Shown piece after piece: positions 6,625-17,065 of a stretch of 46,186 nucleotides of DNA. The notes beneath the pieces are model-generated. The model worked only from the letters and a program-made list of their open reading frames with translations, made no database searches and was not told the origin of the DNA. The position numbers and the translations under genes are program-made. Every line of letters starts with the position of its first letter. Position 1 is the stretch's first letter. The DNA comes from a virus: the IMG/VR virus record IMGVR_UViG_3300027909_000035. One strand, given 5' to 3'.

Positions 6625-6954
6625 ATGGTAAAGAGAATTAACAGAAACCCTGACGCCAAGTCACGTTTCAACGCATTCATGCACTTACGGATCAACTTAC
6701 CAGCCAGGGTGGAAATCATTACCGCTGAGGAAGGCACGTATTTCCGCATTAAAGTCGAGGCTGGTCCCGCTCAGATAGTCACGCTTGAACTGACCAACGT
6801 TAGGGACACCCAAGTACGTGAGCATGTCGGCACGTTCACGGAAGGGGAGGATACTGAGCACACTAACGACTCACAGCCTAAAAAAGTTCAACCTCCTACA
6901 CGACCCGATAAATTGCCGGAAGCACCACCCTCACCTAGAGGGGCAACGAAGTAG
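6625..6954 (+). CDS. Hypothetical protein (109 aa)
   Basis: ORF track frame (6616 is GTG). ATG 6625 has a GGAG 8 nt upstream. Confidence 0.6.
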   Translation: MVKRINRNPDAKSRFNAFMHLRINLPARVEIITAEEGTYFRIKVEAGPAQIVTLELTNVRDTQVREHVGTFTEGEDTEHTNDSQPKKVQPPTRPDKLPEAPPSPRGATK

Positions 6955-6966
6955 GAGGGGAAGACA

Positions 6967-8448
6967 ATGAGCGCGCCAACGGTGCCGAAATCCAGACACC
7001 AGCAACGAAGAGAGCGTGACGCACGCCGGAAAATCATTCAACACAGGTATTCACCGCGTGGCGCCTGTAAAGAGATATTTCACATCAAGGATGCTGAGCT
7101 TCTGATCTCTGGTCCGGCTGGTACGGGTAAAAGCCGTGCCTGTTTGGAAAAGATGCTCATGGTGTGCCTGGCAACAGCAGGAGTGCGTGCGCTCATAGTC
7201 CGGAAAACGCTTTCCTCACTTGCTTCAACAGCCTTGGTCACCTGGCGAAAATACGTGGCCAAAGAAGCCATAGCCGTTGGGGATGTTCATTACTACGGTG
7301 GCTCAAGGGAAGAGGCGCCACAGTACCGCTTCAAGAATGGGTCTTCCATCACCATTGGCGGCATGAACCATGCCGACCGCATCATGTCTTCCGAATACGA
7401 CATTATCTATGTCCAGGAAGCAACAGAGCTTTTGGTGGATGACTTGGAAGCTCTCAATACCCGTTTGCGTAACTGGCAGATAGGTTTCCAGCAGCTCATC
7501 ATGGACTGTAACCCTGCTGGCGCAACGCACTGGCTCAAGCTCCGTTGTAACGAGGGCAAGACAACACTCATCGAGTCCCGCCATGAGGACAATCCTGTTC
7601 TCTTCGACGAAACCACCACACCTGATGGTGTCACATACAAGCTCACGGACAAGGGTACAACTTACATCTCCAAGCTGGACAACCTGACCGGCGTTCGCAA
7701 GCAAAGATTGCGTTATGGCAAATGGGTTTCCGCCGAAGGGCAGATATACGAAGAGTTCGATCCCGCATACCACGTGCTTGAGTGGAGCTATGACGAAGAC
7801 GGCAACCGCCTTCCTCTTCCTGAGTCATGGGAACGCTACTGGGTAATAGATTTCGGTATGGCACATCCGTTTGTCTGCAAGTGGTATGCGCTCGATGAAG
7901 ACGGCGTTGCCTACATGTATCGAGAAATATACATGACCAACCGCACTATCGCTGAGCACGCAGTGACCATCATGGAGCAAGTCACAAAACAGGTGGCGGT
8001 TGAGTGGTACGACCATTTCAACAGGGTCACACGTAAGCGGGTGGAAACCGTTTGGACAGAACCGAAACCAACCGCCATAATCTGCGATCATGACTTGCAG
8101 GCCAGGCGGACCTTTGAGCGCGCAACGGGTTTGGGCACAACAGCCGCTGTGAAAGACGTTGCAGAGGGAATAGACCTCACAAAGCAACGGTGGAAACTGA
8201 ATGCTGAAAGCGAATCCAAGTTGTATTACATGGAAGACACGTTGGTAGAGCGTGATCCCGAGTTGGTGGACAAGGTGTTGCCGACGTGTTCAATGGAAGA
8301 GGTCTCTTCCTATGTTTGGAAGAAAACCAATGATGGCAAGATAAAAGACGAACCGGTGAAGGAAAACGATCACGGTATGGACACAGATCGATATTTCACC
8401 ATGCACATAGACTTCAAAGGCAAAGCAAGGTTTACCGTACTCGACTAG
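6967..8448 (+). CDS. terL: Terminase large subunit
   Basis: 493 aa. Walker A at ISGPAGTGKS, Walker B-like IIYVQEA, and a C-terminal nuclease-like region ending ...DHGMDTDRY. Confidence 0.9.
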   Translation: MSAPTVPKSRHQQRRERDARRKIIQHRYSPRGACKEIFHIKDAELLISGPAGTGKSRACLEKMLMVCLATAGVRALIVRKTLSSLASTALVTWRKYVAKEAIAVGDVHYYGGSREEAPQYRFKNGSSITIGGMNHADRIMSSEYDIIYVQEATELLVDDLEALNTRLRNWQIGFQQLIMDCNPAGATHWLKLRCNEGKTTLIESRHEDNPVLFDETTTPDGVTYKLTDKGTTYISKLDNLTGVRKQRLRYGKWVSAEGQIYEEFDPAYHVLEWSYDEDGNRLPLPESWERYWVIDFGMAHPFVCKWYALDEDGVAYMYREIYMTNRTIAEHAVTIMEQVTKQVAVEWYDHFNRVTRKRVETVWTEPKPTAIICDHDLQARRTFERATGLGTTAAVKDVAEGIDLTKQRWKLNAESESKLYYMEDTLVERDPELVDKVLPTCSMEEVSSYVWKKTNDGKIKDEPVKENDHGMDTDRYFTMHIDFKGKARFTVLD

Positions 8449-8461
8449 GAGAAGATCGACG

Positions 8462-8746
8462 ATGCACAAACGACCCAGTATGCATAGAGTCGCGTTAATG
8501 AACTTGGCCAAACTCCTTATGGAGTACGCCGACAATTCCCAAGCAACCACGGGTGCAAGCCTTCTAAGGAATATAGTGCGCATCCTGTTTGACCTCGCTG
8601 GATTTGCCCTCTTGACCATAGCGGGTTTTACCGTATCCTCCCTGGCAGGCTTCATCGTGGCTGGTCTTTCGTGCTTTCTGCTGGCACGGCACCTGACCAC
8701 CAAGGAAAAAGCAACAGATGTAGATCCATTGATGAGACGTACCTAA
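8462..8746 (+). CDS. Small membrane protein (94 aa, about 2 TM)
   Basis: ORF track. AGGAGAAG RBS and two hydrophobic stretches. Confidence 0.6.
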   Translation: MHKRPSMHRVALMNLAKLLMEYADNSQATTGASLLRNIVRILFDLAGFALLTIAGFTVSSLAGFIVAGLSCFLLARHLTTKEKATDVDPLMRRT

Positions 8747-8756
8747 AGGGGTGATC

Positions 8757-10055
8757 ATGCGAAGTTTCGCAGACCGTGTGATTGATGGGGGGTTGCGTGC
8801 GCTCAGAAACCTAGCTGGTCCCCCGGTACCGTTCAGCGGTAGAAGGCAAGGCTTTTCAAGCATGTTGGACGGTGGGGACACGGGAATCATGGAGCGTGCT
8901 TACGACGCTTATGGTTCCGTGGGAACACTTTTCGCCATCGTCAGCCAGTTGGGAAACGCTTTTGCCAGTACGCAATGGCACTTGTATCGGAAAAGCTCTG
9001 TGCGAGATCTGGCACGCCGTAAGGAAGTCACCGACCACGCGCTAGTCACCGTTTGGAACCGACCGAATAGGTTCTACACGGGAAGGCTTTTCAGGGAAAC
9101 CGTTCAGCAGCACATCGATTTGGTGGGCGAGGGTGTGATCGTGCTGACGATGATTGGTAACCTTGTGGTTGAGATGTGGCCGGTTAGACCTGACCGTATC
9201 CATCCTGTGAAGCACCCAACCAAATTCCTCACTGGGTACATCTATCGTGCTGACGATGGTGAGGAAGTGCCACTCACGCTAGACCAAGTGATTCACATCA
9301 AGCTCCCGAATCCACGTGACCCCTACAGGGGCATGGGTCCGGTGCAAGCTGTGTTGGCGGACATTGACGCTGCAAGGTTCTCAGCCGCTTGGAATCGTAA
9401 TTTCTTCATCAATGGTGCCAGGCCAGGTGGCATCATCGAAGTTGATTATAAAATGAACGATACCGAATTCAATGACTTCCTCCGGCGTTGGCGCCAGCAA
9501 CATCAAGGGGTTGCCAATGCTCATCGTGTGGCAGTGCTAGAAAACGCCAAGTGGCATGATACCAATTTCTCCATGGCAGACATGCAGTTTGTCGAGTTGC
9601 GTAATCTACCAAGGGAACTGATTCGGGAAGCGTATGCGTTCCCTAAGCCAATGCTTGGCACTGTGGATGATGTCAACCGCGCGAATGCCGATGCTGGCAA
9701 AGAAGTGATGGCGGAGAACCACACGATCCCGCGCTTGGAACGTTGGTCGGACATGATTAACGCGGAGTTGCTTCCGCTGTTTAGCAATGGTCCCAATTTG
9801 GTGTTCGAACCGGATGATCCTACGCCGGTCAATCATGAAGCAAAGGACAGAGAGCGCGACAGCAAGACCAAGGGAGCGCTCAATCTCGTTAACGCAGGAT
9901 TCAATGGGTCTGATGCTGCTGAAGCTATGGGACTTCCTGAAATGCGTTGGGAGAAACTAGTTAAGGCACCACCAACAGCACCAAAACCAAGTCCGTCCAG
10001 TGAGGACAGTGATGCTGGTGCCCGTGCTGTGATCGCGCACGCCGGAACACATTAG
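8757..10055 (+). CDS. Portal protein (HK97-type family)
   Basis: Track ORF 8751..10055 (8751 is GTG; the in-frame ATG 8757 follows AAAGGGG). Size and position between terminase and protease fit a portal. Confidence 0.85.
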   Translation: MRSFADRVIDGGLRALRNLAGPPVPFSGRRQGFSSMLDGGDTGIMERAYDAYGSVGTLFAIVSQLGNAFASTQWHLYRKSSVRDLARRKEVTDHALVTVWNRPNRFYTGRLFRETVQQHIDLVGEGVIVLTMIGNLVVEMWPVRPDRIHPVKHPTKFLTGYIYRADDGEEVPLTLDQVIHIKLPNPRDPYRGMGPVQAVLADIDAARFSAAWNRNFFINGARPGGIIEVDYKMNDTEFNDFLRRWRQQHQGVANAHRVAVLENAKWHDTNFSMADMQFVELRNLPRELIREAYAFPKPMLGTVDDVNRANADAGKEVMAENHTIPRLERWSDMINAELLPLFSNGPNLVFEPDDPTPVNHEAKDRERDSKTKGALNLVNAGFNGSDAAEAMGLPEMRWEKLVKAPPTAPKPSPSSEDSDAGARAVIAHAGTH

Positions 10056-10064
10056 GAGGGGAGA

Positions 10065-10919
10065 GTGATGATAAACAAGCACACACGGGCATTGCTGGAT
10101 TTCAAATCCAAGTTGTTTGACCGAGTCCAGTTGCGTAATGCTGACCTGGCACACGCGTTGAGGGATATTCGCCTTGACTGGTACCGAATTTCCAACGTGG
10201 CAGAGGATGAGGAAAAGGCAGAGGTCTTCATCTATGATGAAATCGGCGGATCGTTCGGTGTGGACGCAACCGAATTCGTTACGGAGCTTAAGGCCCTGGA
10301 CGTGAAGGAAATCACGGTTCGCATCAATTCACCAGGCGGAAGCCTGTTTGACAGCATCGCAATTCACAACGCATTGGTGCAGCACAAGGCGAAAATCATT
10401 ACTCGCATAGATGCGCTGGCAGCCTCGGGAGCGTCAATCATTGCTATGGCCGGTGATGAAGTCGAGATGATGAACGGCTCACAGCTCATGATTCATGACG
10501 CGTTGGGTTTTGAGCTTGGTAACGCCGCTGCTTTCGAGGCCATGGCAAGGTTCCTGAACTTGCAATCAGACAACATTGCCGATATGTACAAGGCAAGGGC
10601 AGGCGGGACACGTGAGGAATGGCGCTCTCGCATGCTGGCGGAAACGTGGATGTTTGCCGATGAAGCAATTGAACTTGGATTGGCTGACAAGGTGTACGTG
10701 AAGCCTGCCCCACCCGATGACGGTGAAGAAGAAATCGTTACGGAGGTCGAGAACACGGTATCTGAGGAATTGGATATCTCAGCGCTCATCATCCGACCGC
10801 ATCGTGTTGACAATCGTGGGTTCAAGTACGCGGGTCGTGAGGATGCCCCATCCCCTGTCAACTCATCAGATCCATGGAATGAAGTTCGTGCCCTAGTGGC
10901 CACTTGGAAAGAAAGGTAA
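10065..10919 (+). CDS. Prohead protease, ClpP/S14-like
   Basis: INSPGGSLFDSIAIHNAL, AASGASIIAMAGDE and MIHDA are ClpP-family signatures. AGGAGGGGAG RBS. Confidence 0.85.
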   Translation: MMINKHTRALLDFKSKLFDRVQLRNADLAHALRDIRLDWYRISNVAEDEEKAEVFIYDEIGGSFGVDATEFVTELKALDVKEITVRINSPGGSLFDSIAIHNALVQHKAKIITRIDALAASGASIIAMAGDEVEMMNGSQLMIHDALGFELGNAAAFEAMARFLNLQSDNIADMYKARAGGTREEWRSRMLAETWMFADEAIELGLADKVYVKPAPPDDGEEEIVTEVENTVSEELDISALIIRPHRVDNRGFKYAGREDAPSPVNSSDPWNEVRALVATWKER

Positions 10920-10927
10920 AACACATC

Positions 10928-12262
10928 ATGGCAAAACGAGTTGCTATGCCGACCACGGGTGAGGAACTTCGCGAAGTTCTCATGGACCCTAAGGCAATGA
11001 AGGAATTGATGGCCGATCCCGAGGCGCACGCCGACTTCATCGAGGATCACATCAACCTTCGGCTCAAGTACGACCCTTCGCTGCTGGACCAGAACAAGGA
11101 AGCGCACGAGAAATTCATGGTGGAGTGGTTGCGGGACAATGGCGCAACTGAGCATAACCCACTGAACTTCGATCCGAACTCGCGTCGTCCTGTGAAGACA
11201 AACACGCTCTACAACAAAGGCGCTACTGGTGCGAAGTTCGACAAGACATTTGATTCATTGGCTCAGTTCACCTTTGATCTCAGTAATCACAGTCTGAGGA
11301 CACCCGAACTGTCTCAGAAGCTCATCGGCTTGCAGAACGTGGCAAGCTCACTTGAACCTTCTGACGGTGGGTTCCTGATTCCGGAAGACTTGCGCGCGAT
11401 GGTGCTTCAAATCGCGCTTGAGACAGCAATCGTTCGTTCGCGTGCGCGGGTCATCCCCATGGATTCGCTTCGCGTCCCGATTCCCTCAGTGGACTCTACG
11501 TCCAACGTGTCTTCGGTCTTTGGCGGAATAATCGGTTTCTGGACGGAGGAAGGCGCAACGCTCACTGAGTCCAAGCCTCGCTTCGGTCGGATTGTGCTTG
11601 AGGCGCACAAACTCACGTTGTACGTGGAAGTTCCCAATGAACTGATGCGGGATTCACGTCCGGCGTACACCACTTTCATTGACACCATGTTCCCCGAGGC
11701 GATTGCTTGGTTTGAGGATGTGGCGTTTTTCGTAGGTGGTGGTGTCGGTGAGCCGTTGGGCTTCCTGAACGCGCCTGCCGCGATCTCAACGACCCGCACA
11801 GGTGCTTCTACCGTCGATTGGGAGGAAGTTGTATCCATATACGCGCGCATGCTGCCTCAGTCACTTGGGCGTGCCGTATGGGTGGTTTCTCCAGACGTGC
11901 TTCCGGAACTTCTTACCATGGTTATTTCCGGCGGCACTTCGCCAATCTGGATTGGTGGAGGCGGTTTCCCCAACGCGTCCATGGCGCCTCCAATGTCGAT
12001 GCTCGGCGCACCTTTGATCGTGTCTGAAAAGGCGCGTGCACTGGGCACCGCTGGTGACATCAACTTTGTTGATTTCGGGCACTACCTGATCGGTGACCGT
12101 CAGGCCATGTCCGCGCGGCAGAGTGAGGATTTCCGCTTCAATCAGGACGTGACTGCAATTCGTGTCATCGAAAGGCTTGACGGCCGTCCCTGGCTTCAGG
12201 CTCCCATCACTCCGCAAAACGGTGGCGCGACGCTTTCCCCGTTCGTTCGCCTTGCCGCATAA
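10928..12262 (+). CDS. Major capsid protein, HK97-fold type, with N-terminal delta-like region
   Basis: Track ORF 10904..12262; the ATG at 10928 starts MAKRVAMPTTGEEL. Follows the protease. About 445 aa. Confidence 0.85.
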   Translation: MAKRVAMPTTGEELREVLMDPKAMKELMADPEAHADFIEDHINLRLKYDPSLLDQNKEAHEKFMVEWLRDNGATEHNPLNFDPNSRRPVKTNTLYNKGATGAKFDKTFDSLAQFTFDLSNHSLRTPELSQKLIGLQNVASSLEPSDGGFLIPEDLRAMVLQIALETAIVRSRARVIPMDSLRVPIPSVDSTSNVSSVFGGIIGFWTEEGATLTESKPRFGRIVLEAHKLTLYVEVPNELMRDSRPAYTTFIDTMFPEAIAWFEDVAFFVGGGVGEPLGFLNAPAAISTTRTGASTVDWEEVVSIYARMLPQSLGRAVWVVSPDVLPELLTMVISGGTSPIWIGGGGFPNASMAPPMSMLGAPLIVSEKARALGTAGDINFVDFGHYLIGDRQAMSARQSEDFRFNQDVTAIRVIERLDGRPWLQAPITPQNGGATLSPFVRLAA

Positions 12263-12272
12263 GGATTCTTTC

Positions 12273-12356
12273 ATGCTCGGAATGGTATTCCTGACACTCC
12301 ATCTTCTAATTGGATCGTCGCTCCTTTACGGGATCAAGATTGGTAGGCGAGAATGA
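12273..12356 (+). CDS. Possible hydrophobic micro-protein (27 aa)
   Basis: MLGMVFLTLHLLIGSSLLYGIKIGRRE. Its stop overlaps the ATG of 12353 (ATGA). AAGGA lies upstream. Confidence 0.25.
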   Translation: MLGMVFLTLHLLIGSSLLYGIKIGRRE

Positions 12357-12871
12357 GAGCACTTGGCAGGTTGCTTGACATCAGCGTTGGCATCAACAAT
12401 GTCGCAGATCTAGCGGCTGGTGCCAACACTGGCAAGCGTATCCACATGCGAAACTACGAAACCCTTGGCATTCTGTTCATGAAGAACGCCGCTTCAGCGG
12501 GTGCCGATGATGTCGTTATCACTCTGCAAGAGCACAACGCCAACACAGCGGGTACGTCACAGAACCTTGCGGCTATCACCAAGTGGTACCGCAAGAATGT
12601 GGCTTCCCCATTGCTGGGTACTGAAACATGGACTGAGACCACGCAAGCGGCAGGCGCGACTCTGACGTTGGCTGGTGCCACGTTCGCAACGCATCAGATG
12701 CTTGTCTTCTTCGAGATCGAGGCAGCATCGATGAGCGCAACCTTCGAATGGCTTTCCATCAACATTGCCGATCCTGGCGTTGGTGGAACAATTCTGGGTG
12801 GTGCTATATACGTTCCGCACGGTCTGAAGATTCAGCGTCGGCCAGACCTGCTAGCACAGCCGAATGCGTGA
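12353..12871 (+). CDS. Hypothetical head-module protein (possible decoration protein)
   Basis: ORF track. Position is immediately after the capsid gene. Confidence 0.65.
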   Translation: MRALGRLLDISVGINNVADLAAGANTGKRIHMRNYETLGILFMKNAASAGADDVVITLQEHNANTAGTSQNLAAITKWYRKNVASPLLGTETWTETTQAAGATLTLAGATFATHQMLVFFEIEAASMSATFEWLSINIADPGVGGTILGGAIYVPHGLKIQRRPDLLAQPNA

Positions 12872-12876
12872 GTGCC

Positions 12877-13167
12877 ATGGCGAAAATTACCAAGGCTGGC
12901 GGACCCTCCTACGATCCCGAACCTGAGGAACCCAAACGGGTACCCATCAACCGGCCGATGCTCGGCGTGGTGCCTGAGAAGGTCGAAACCGTTTCTCCGG
13001 AAGCGTTTGACAAGTTCGTCCGTGAAGCTGAGTCCGTCGAAATCGTTTCCACTGAACTGGATTCGGAACCTGAGAACGGCAAGAAGGAAGAGAAGGACGA
13101 GTTTGCCGACTTCGACGAAAAGCCGAAGACAACAGCAGTGAAGAAGTCCGCTACCAAGAAGAAGTGA
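12877..13167 (+). CDS. Hypothetical acidic/lysine-tailed protein (96 aa)
   Basis: ATG 12877 within track ORF 12748..13167; starts MAKITKAGGPSYDPEPEE... Confidence 0.55.
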   Translation: MAKITKAGGPSYDPEPEEPKRVPINRPMLGVVPEKVETVSPEAFDKFVREAESVEIVSTELDSEPENGKKEEKDEFADFDEKPKTTAVKKSATKKK

Positions 13168-13173
13168 GCAGCC

Positions 13174-13854
13174 ATGACCACCATTCAAGCCTTTGATGCG
13201 CCAACCAACACAGACTTCAATGGTGGTCCCGCTGTGTTCGGAAACGACTTCAGTGCCAACGCACCAGGGTTGTTGACCGGAGTGTGGTACTACCATGAGA
13301 GCGACAACGAACCCTCTTCGGTAACAGCCCTGGTGCATCGCGAGTCAAATCATCAATTGCTAAGTCAGAAAACAAGTTCCACCGTTGCCATGGCAAACGA
13401 TGCCTACAATCTCATAACCCTTGATCAGGCTGTGGAGTACGCAACGCCGGACGAAGTTCTGACCGTTAGTGTGTATTGGCCACTAGGCGGTTTCTCGTTC
13501 GCTACCGGCGTAGGCGAGCGCTCGACTGAGGGACTGTCGATAAACATTGGGGACATAGGCCGCTTCAAGAATTCCGCTGTGACACTTGGGGATTATCCCA
13601 CTCAGACGCTTGCTTTGCTGGCCTGTCCCGTAGGTGTGGAATTCACTTTCACGGGCGAGGCTGCCCCTACTGTAGGTGGCTGGTACCAACTGCTTTCCAT
13701 CAGGAGGGAGCAGCAGGAGATCATAAGGCAGAACCAGGCAACACCCCCTCAAGCGTGTCCGAACGACGGTGAGCCGTTGCAGCGTATAGGCTCTGTGCTT
13801 CATTGCCCCTTCGATGGCTGGCAGTGGCCTAGAGATGGCGACGGCATTAAGTAA
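13174..13854 (+). CDS. Hypothetical protein (226 aa) with a C-terminal Cys-pair zinc-ribbon-like tail
   Basis: ORF track. C-terminal segment ACPNDGEPLQRIGSVLHCPFDGWQWP. Confidence 0.65.
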   Translation: MTTIQAFDAPTNTDFNGGPAVFGNDFSANAPGLLTGVWYYHESDNEPSSVTALVHRESNHQLLSQKTSSTVAMANDAYNLITLDQAVEYATPDEVLTVSVYWPLGGFSFATGVGERSTEGLSINIGDIGRFKNSAVTLGDYPTQTLALLACPVGVEFTFTGEAAPTVGGWYQLLSIRREQQEIIRQNQATPPQACPNDGEPLQRIGSVLHCPFDGWQWPRDGDGIK

Positions 13855-13856
13855 AC

Positions 13857-13874
13857 AAAACTTTCTTTACAATT
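13857..13874 (+). promoter_or_regulatory. Conserved 18-bp motif AAAACTTTCTTTACAATT (copy 3 of 3)
   Basis: Perfect copy 33 nt upstream of ATG 13908. Confidence 0.55.
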
Positions 13875-13907
13875 AAATATCCGTCTAGTCAGAAAGCAGA
13901 CTAAGAA

Positions 13908-14945
13908 ATGACGATTTCCACTCCCGTTTACGCTACCCGTGAAGCGGTCAGAGAGGCTGTCGATTTCAAGGATGCCTTGTTTTCCAACGCCAGGATAGAC
14001 CGTGCTCTAGAGGCATCAGCACGCACTGTGGAAGGGGATTTGAAGCGACGCTTCTACCCCGAGGTAGCCACGCGTAAGTTCGATTGGCCTAACTACTCAC
14101 TCAGCGCTACGTGGGAGCTTGACCTAGGGGACAACGAAGTGATTGAAGTCGTGTCCCTTACGGCAGGTGGTAACACGATACCCGTTGCTGATATCAAGCT
14201 TCGGCGTGGTGACGACAAGTCAGAGCCACCCTACAACCGAATTGAAATCGACCTATCGACCTCTTCGGCTTTTTCGTCTGGCTCGACATTCCAGCAGGCA
14301 ATAGAAGTTGAGGCACTATACGGGTACCAGAACACGACAACTCCCGCTGGTGCTACAGCTCAGCTCATCAACGGCTCTGTGACCTCGCTTCAGGTTACCG
14401 ACTCTGGCAGCGTCGGCGTTGGTGCGATCATGAAAATCGACAATGAGCGAATCTTGGTCACCAATAAAAGCATGCTGGACACCACACAGAACCTTCAAAC
14501 ATCCCTTGACGCTCGCCAAAACAGTGAGTCCGTCGTGGTGCAGAACGGCGCAGCCTTCTTCGTGGATGAAATAATTCTCATCGACGCTGAGCGTATGAAA
14601 ATCGTTGATATCGCGGGTAACACTCTCATCGTTAAGCGCGCTTGGGATGGCACCACGCTAGCCGCTCACACAGCCCCTACGGCGGATATCTACGCTCCCC
14701 GTACCCTGACCATCGTCAGGGCTTTTCTGGGCACTACAGCGGCATCACACAGCAGCGCAACGGCGATCGTGTGTCAATCCTTTCCTGGATTGGTCACGGA
14801 ATATTCTTTGGCGCTTGCCCTAGCGGATACGCGCTTAGGGTCGGCTAGTTACGTACCGGAGACGTTCGACAACAAAGCCTTGAGAGATCTGTGTGAGAAG
14901 GCTTACAGCGCTTATGGTCGTAAGCTCCGGACGGGAGCTATCTGA
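13908..14945 (+). CDS. Putative head-tail connector/adaptor protein (345 aa)
   Basis: ORF track. Position between the head and tail genes. The N-terminus loosely resembles gp6-like adaptors. Confidence 0.5.
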   Translation: MTISTPVYATREAVREAVDFKDALFSNARIDRALEASARTVEGDLKRRFYPEVATRKFDWPNYSLSATWELDLGDNEVIEVVSLTAGGNTIPVADIKLRRGDDKSEPPYNRIEIDLSTSSAFSSGSTFQQAIEVEALYGYQNTTTPAGATAQLINGSVTSLQVTDSGSVGVGAIMKIDNERILVTNKSMLDTTQNLQTSLDARQNSESVVVQNGAAFFVDEIILIDAERMKIVDIAGNTLIVKRAWDGTTLAAHTAPTADIYAPRTLTIVRAFLGTTAASHSSATAIVCQSFPGLVTEYSLALALADTRLGSASYVPETFDNKALRDLCEKAYSAYGRKLRTGAI

Positions 14946-15334
14946 TGCCTAACATCAATGTTACCGCGAAGCTGAAGGGACCGTTCTTTGGTGCCAACCT
15001 AAACGCGTGGATGGATGCTGCCGCGCAGGACGCTAAGGAGGCGGTAGCTCAAGAGGCAGTTGACCTCATGCACATCCAATTGGATCGAGTGCTGAAGAAT
15101 CCTACGGGGTACTACAGGTCACATATCCAAAAAGAACGCCAGGGCAAGGATTGGCATGTGCATGATGACAATGTTGTTTACGGTGGATGGCTTGAGGGTG
15201 TGTCAAGTAGAAATCAGTCCACCAGGTTCAAGGGGTACCACTCGTTTCGGTTGGTGCTTCAGGACATTCGAAAAGTCGCAATAGACATTGCAGCGAAAGT
15301 GTTCTCACAACACGTAGACAGGCTGAACCGATGA
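14945..15334 (+). CDS. Head-tail joining protein, HK97 gp10-like
   Basis: 129 aa. ATGA coupling. NPTGYYRSHI... and WLEG patterns resemble the gp10 family. Confidence 0.55.
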   Translation: MPNINVTAKLKGPFFGANLNAWMDAAAQDAKEAVAQEAVDLMHIQLDRVLKNPTGYYRSHIQKERQGKDWHVHDDNVVYGGWLEGVSSRNQSTRFKGYHSFRLVLQDIRKVAIDIAAKVFSQHVDRLNR

Positions 15335-15807
15335 CGCAACCAAGCCATCTTGAAACAATCATTGACACGCTCATAGACGCTGTGTTGAGCCATGCTCTGG
15401 CAAGCGGATATTTTGACGCTGTCAATGGGCATGAACCAAAGAACCCACCAGGGCACCGTATAACCGCTGCCGTATGGCAGCAACGCATTCGACCGGTACC
15501 AGCTAGAAGTGGACTGAACAAGACAAGCGGTTTGGTGGTGATGAACGTACGCATTTACACGAGCATGCTTTCAGAACCACTGGACATGATAGACCCAAAT
15601 ATAACCAAAGCTACCAGTGCCTTGATGGCTGCCTACTCAAGTGATTTCACATTGGATGGTTTGATATCGAACGTGGATTTGCTTGGTGCGCATGGGTTTG
15701 CACTCGAATCACTGGCTGGATATGTGACTCTTAACAATACGATATACCGCACCATGACGATTACGGTTCCATGCGTCATAAATGATTTGTTCGAGCAAGC
15801 TCCGTAG
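15331..15807 (+). CDS. Putative tail terminator / neck protein
   Basis: 158 aa, coupled by an ATGA overlap, immediately upstream of the tail tube gene. Confidence 0.5.
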   Translation: MTQPSHLETIIDTLIDAVLSHALASGYFDAVNGHEPKNPPGHRITAAVWQQRIRPVPARSGLNKTSGLVVMNVRIYTSMLSEPLDMIDPNITKATSALMAAYSSDFTLDGLISNVDLLGAHGFALESLAGYVTLNNTIYRTMTITVPCVINDLFEQAP

Positions 15808-15820
15808 GAGGTGAAAGCTA

Positions 15821-16582
15821 ATGGCGAAGGAATCCGGTCTAGGACAAGAGTTTTACTTCGACGGAGTAGACCTGTCAGGGGACACCGGTTCGGCGCAAAG
15901 CATCAAAGGCGGGTTGACCACAGTCCTACCTGTGGCAGGCATCAACCGCCTTGCACATGAAAGGATAGGCGGAGGTAGAGACGGATCACTCACCTGGCAG
16001 TCATGGTTCAACCCTGCCTTGGGACAGTCGCACAAGACATTGTCAACGCTTCCGTATACCGACCGTGTCGGGTCGTGGGTCCACCGTCCAGTGCTTGGAG
16101 GGTCAGCCGCTTGCATTGTCGGCAAGCAATCGAATTATGACGGTACCCGAGAGGCTAACGGCAACTTTCCTTTCGCTATTCAGGTGCTGGGAAACCAATT
16201 TGGCCTTGAATGGACGGACCAATTGACGGCCGGATTGGATGTCTTCAGCGGTACTGGTGCCGGTACTGGGCTCGATTACGGCGCAGCAATCGGGACAACG
16301 GCTTTTGGCCTACAGGCCTATCTTCAGGTGAACGCGTTCACCGGAGCCAATGCCACCGTGACCATTCAACACTCACAGGACAACGGAGCAGGCGATGCAT
16401 ACACCAATGTGACAGGTGGGGCATTCGCTCAGATCACAACCGCGCCAGGATCACAGCGTATTCAGACGTCACGTACTGAATCCATTGAAAGGTGGTTGCG
16501 CATCAACATAACCGGCACGTTCAGCAGCTTGACAATAGCTGTGTTTGTCTTGAAGAACCTTGTCGCTACGGTGGTGCCGTGA
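15821..16582 (+). CDS. Major tail (tube) protein, long paralog (253 aa)
   Basis: GGAGG RBS and position. The N-terminal ~70 aa are homologous to 17287..17706 (MAKESGL..., GI(N/D)R.A.ER, D.S.TW..FN). Confidence 0.65.
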   Translation: MAKESGLGQEFYFDGVDLSGDTGSAQSIKGGLTTVLPVAGINRLAHERIGGGRDGSLTWQSWFNPALGQSHKTLSTLPYTDRVGSWVHRPVLGGSAACIVGKQSNYDGTREANGNFPFAIQVLGNQFGLEWTDQLTAGLDVFSGTGAGTGLDYGAAIGTTAFGLQAYLQVNAFTGANATVTIQHSQDNGAGDAYTNVTGGAFAQITTAPGSQRIQTSRTESIERWLRINITGTFSSLTIAVFVLKNLVATVVP

Positions 16583-17064
16583 TGGCGCAAAGAATGGTGC
16601 TACAACAAATTACAGGACAACGACCGATCAGTCGTGTGGAGCCTGCCGCGCCAGCACACTTCTACAAGACGTATGGCATCGAGTCTCCGATCACGACACA
16701 CTTTAAGCGTGTCACGTGCCATCAGGCCGAGTGTCCCAACTATCTGAAGGGTTGGTCCACTCCACTAGACGTGAGCACGGTCAAGGGCGCCAGCACGGCG
16801 GAATGGATTCGGATGAAGTCGGGACGCTCGTTCACATTCGTGCAGGCTGGTCCTATTGTGACATTCCATTTCCCACCAGGGCAGAAATGCTTTATACCCC
16901 ATCAGGTTTCACTGCAACGTCCCGAGAATTTCATTGTCAGAGGCGGGGATTGGAGAGGCAACCCTCAGGGTATTCAAACGTACAAGCATGTTCGGGCAGA
17001 AGATTGGGTTGACGATTGCTCGACCCATCAAGACATGGTCGCGAAAATATTCAACAGGGGATGA
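16582..17064 (+). CDS. Hypothetical protein (160 aa) with a CHQAEC motif
   Basis: ATG 16582 overlaps the preceding TGA. Lies in track ORF 16492..17064. Confidence 0.6.
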   Translation: MAQRMVLQQITGQRPISRVEPAAPAHFYKTYGIESPITTHFKRVTCHQAECPNYLKGWSTPLDVSTVKGASTAEWIRMKSGRSFTFVQAGPIVTFHFPPGQKCFIPHQVSLQRPENFIVRGGDWRGNPQGIQTYKHVRAEDWVDDCSTHQDMVAKIFNRG

Positions 17065-17065
17065 G

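Noticed and set aside
10493-11155. Long antisense ORFs inside well-supported genes (10493..11155, 12832..13338, 5342..5845, 7303..7773, 17533..18111, 22833..23399, 32513..32962)
   Set aside because: Each lies opposite a gene with clear family motifs or strong context. None has an RBS or a coupled neighbour. Long antisense ORFs of this kind arise readily by chance.
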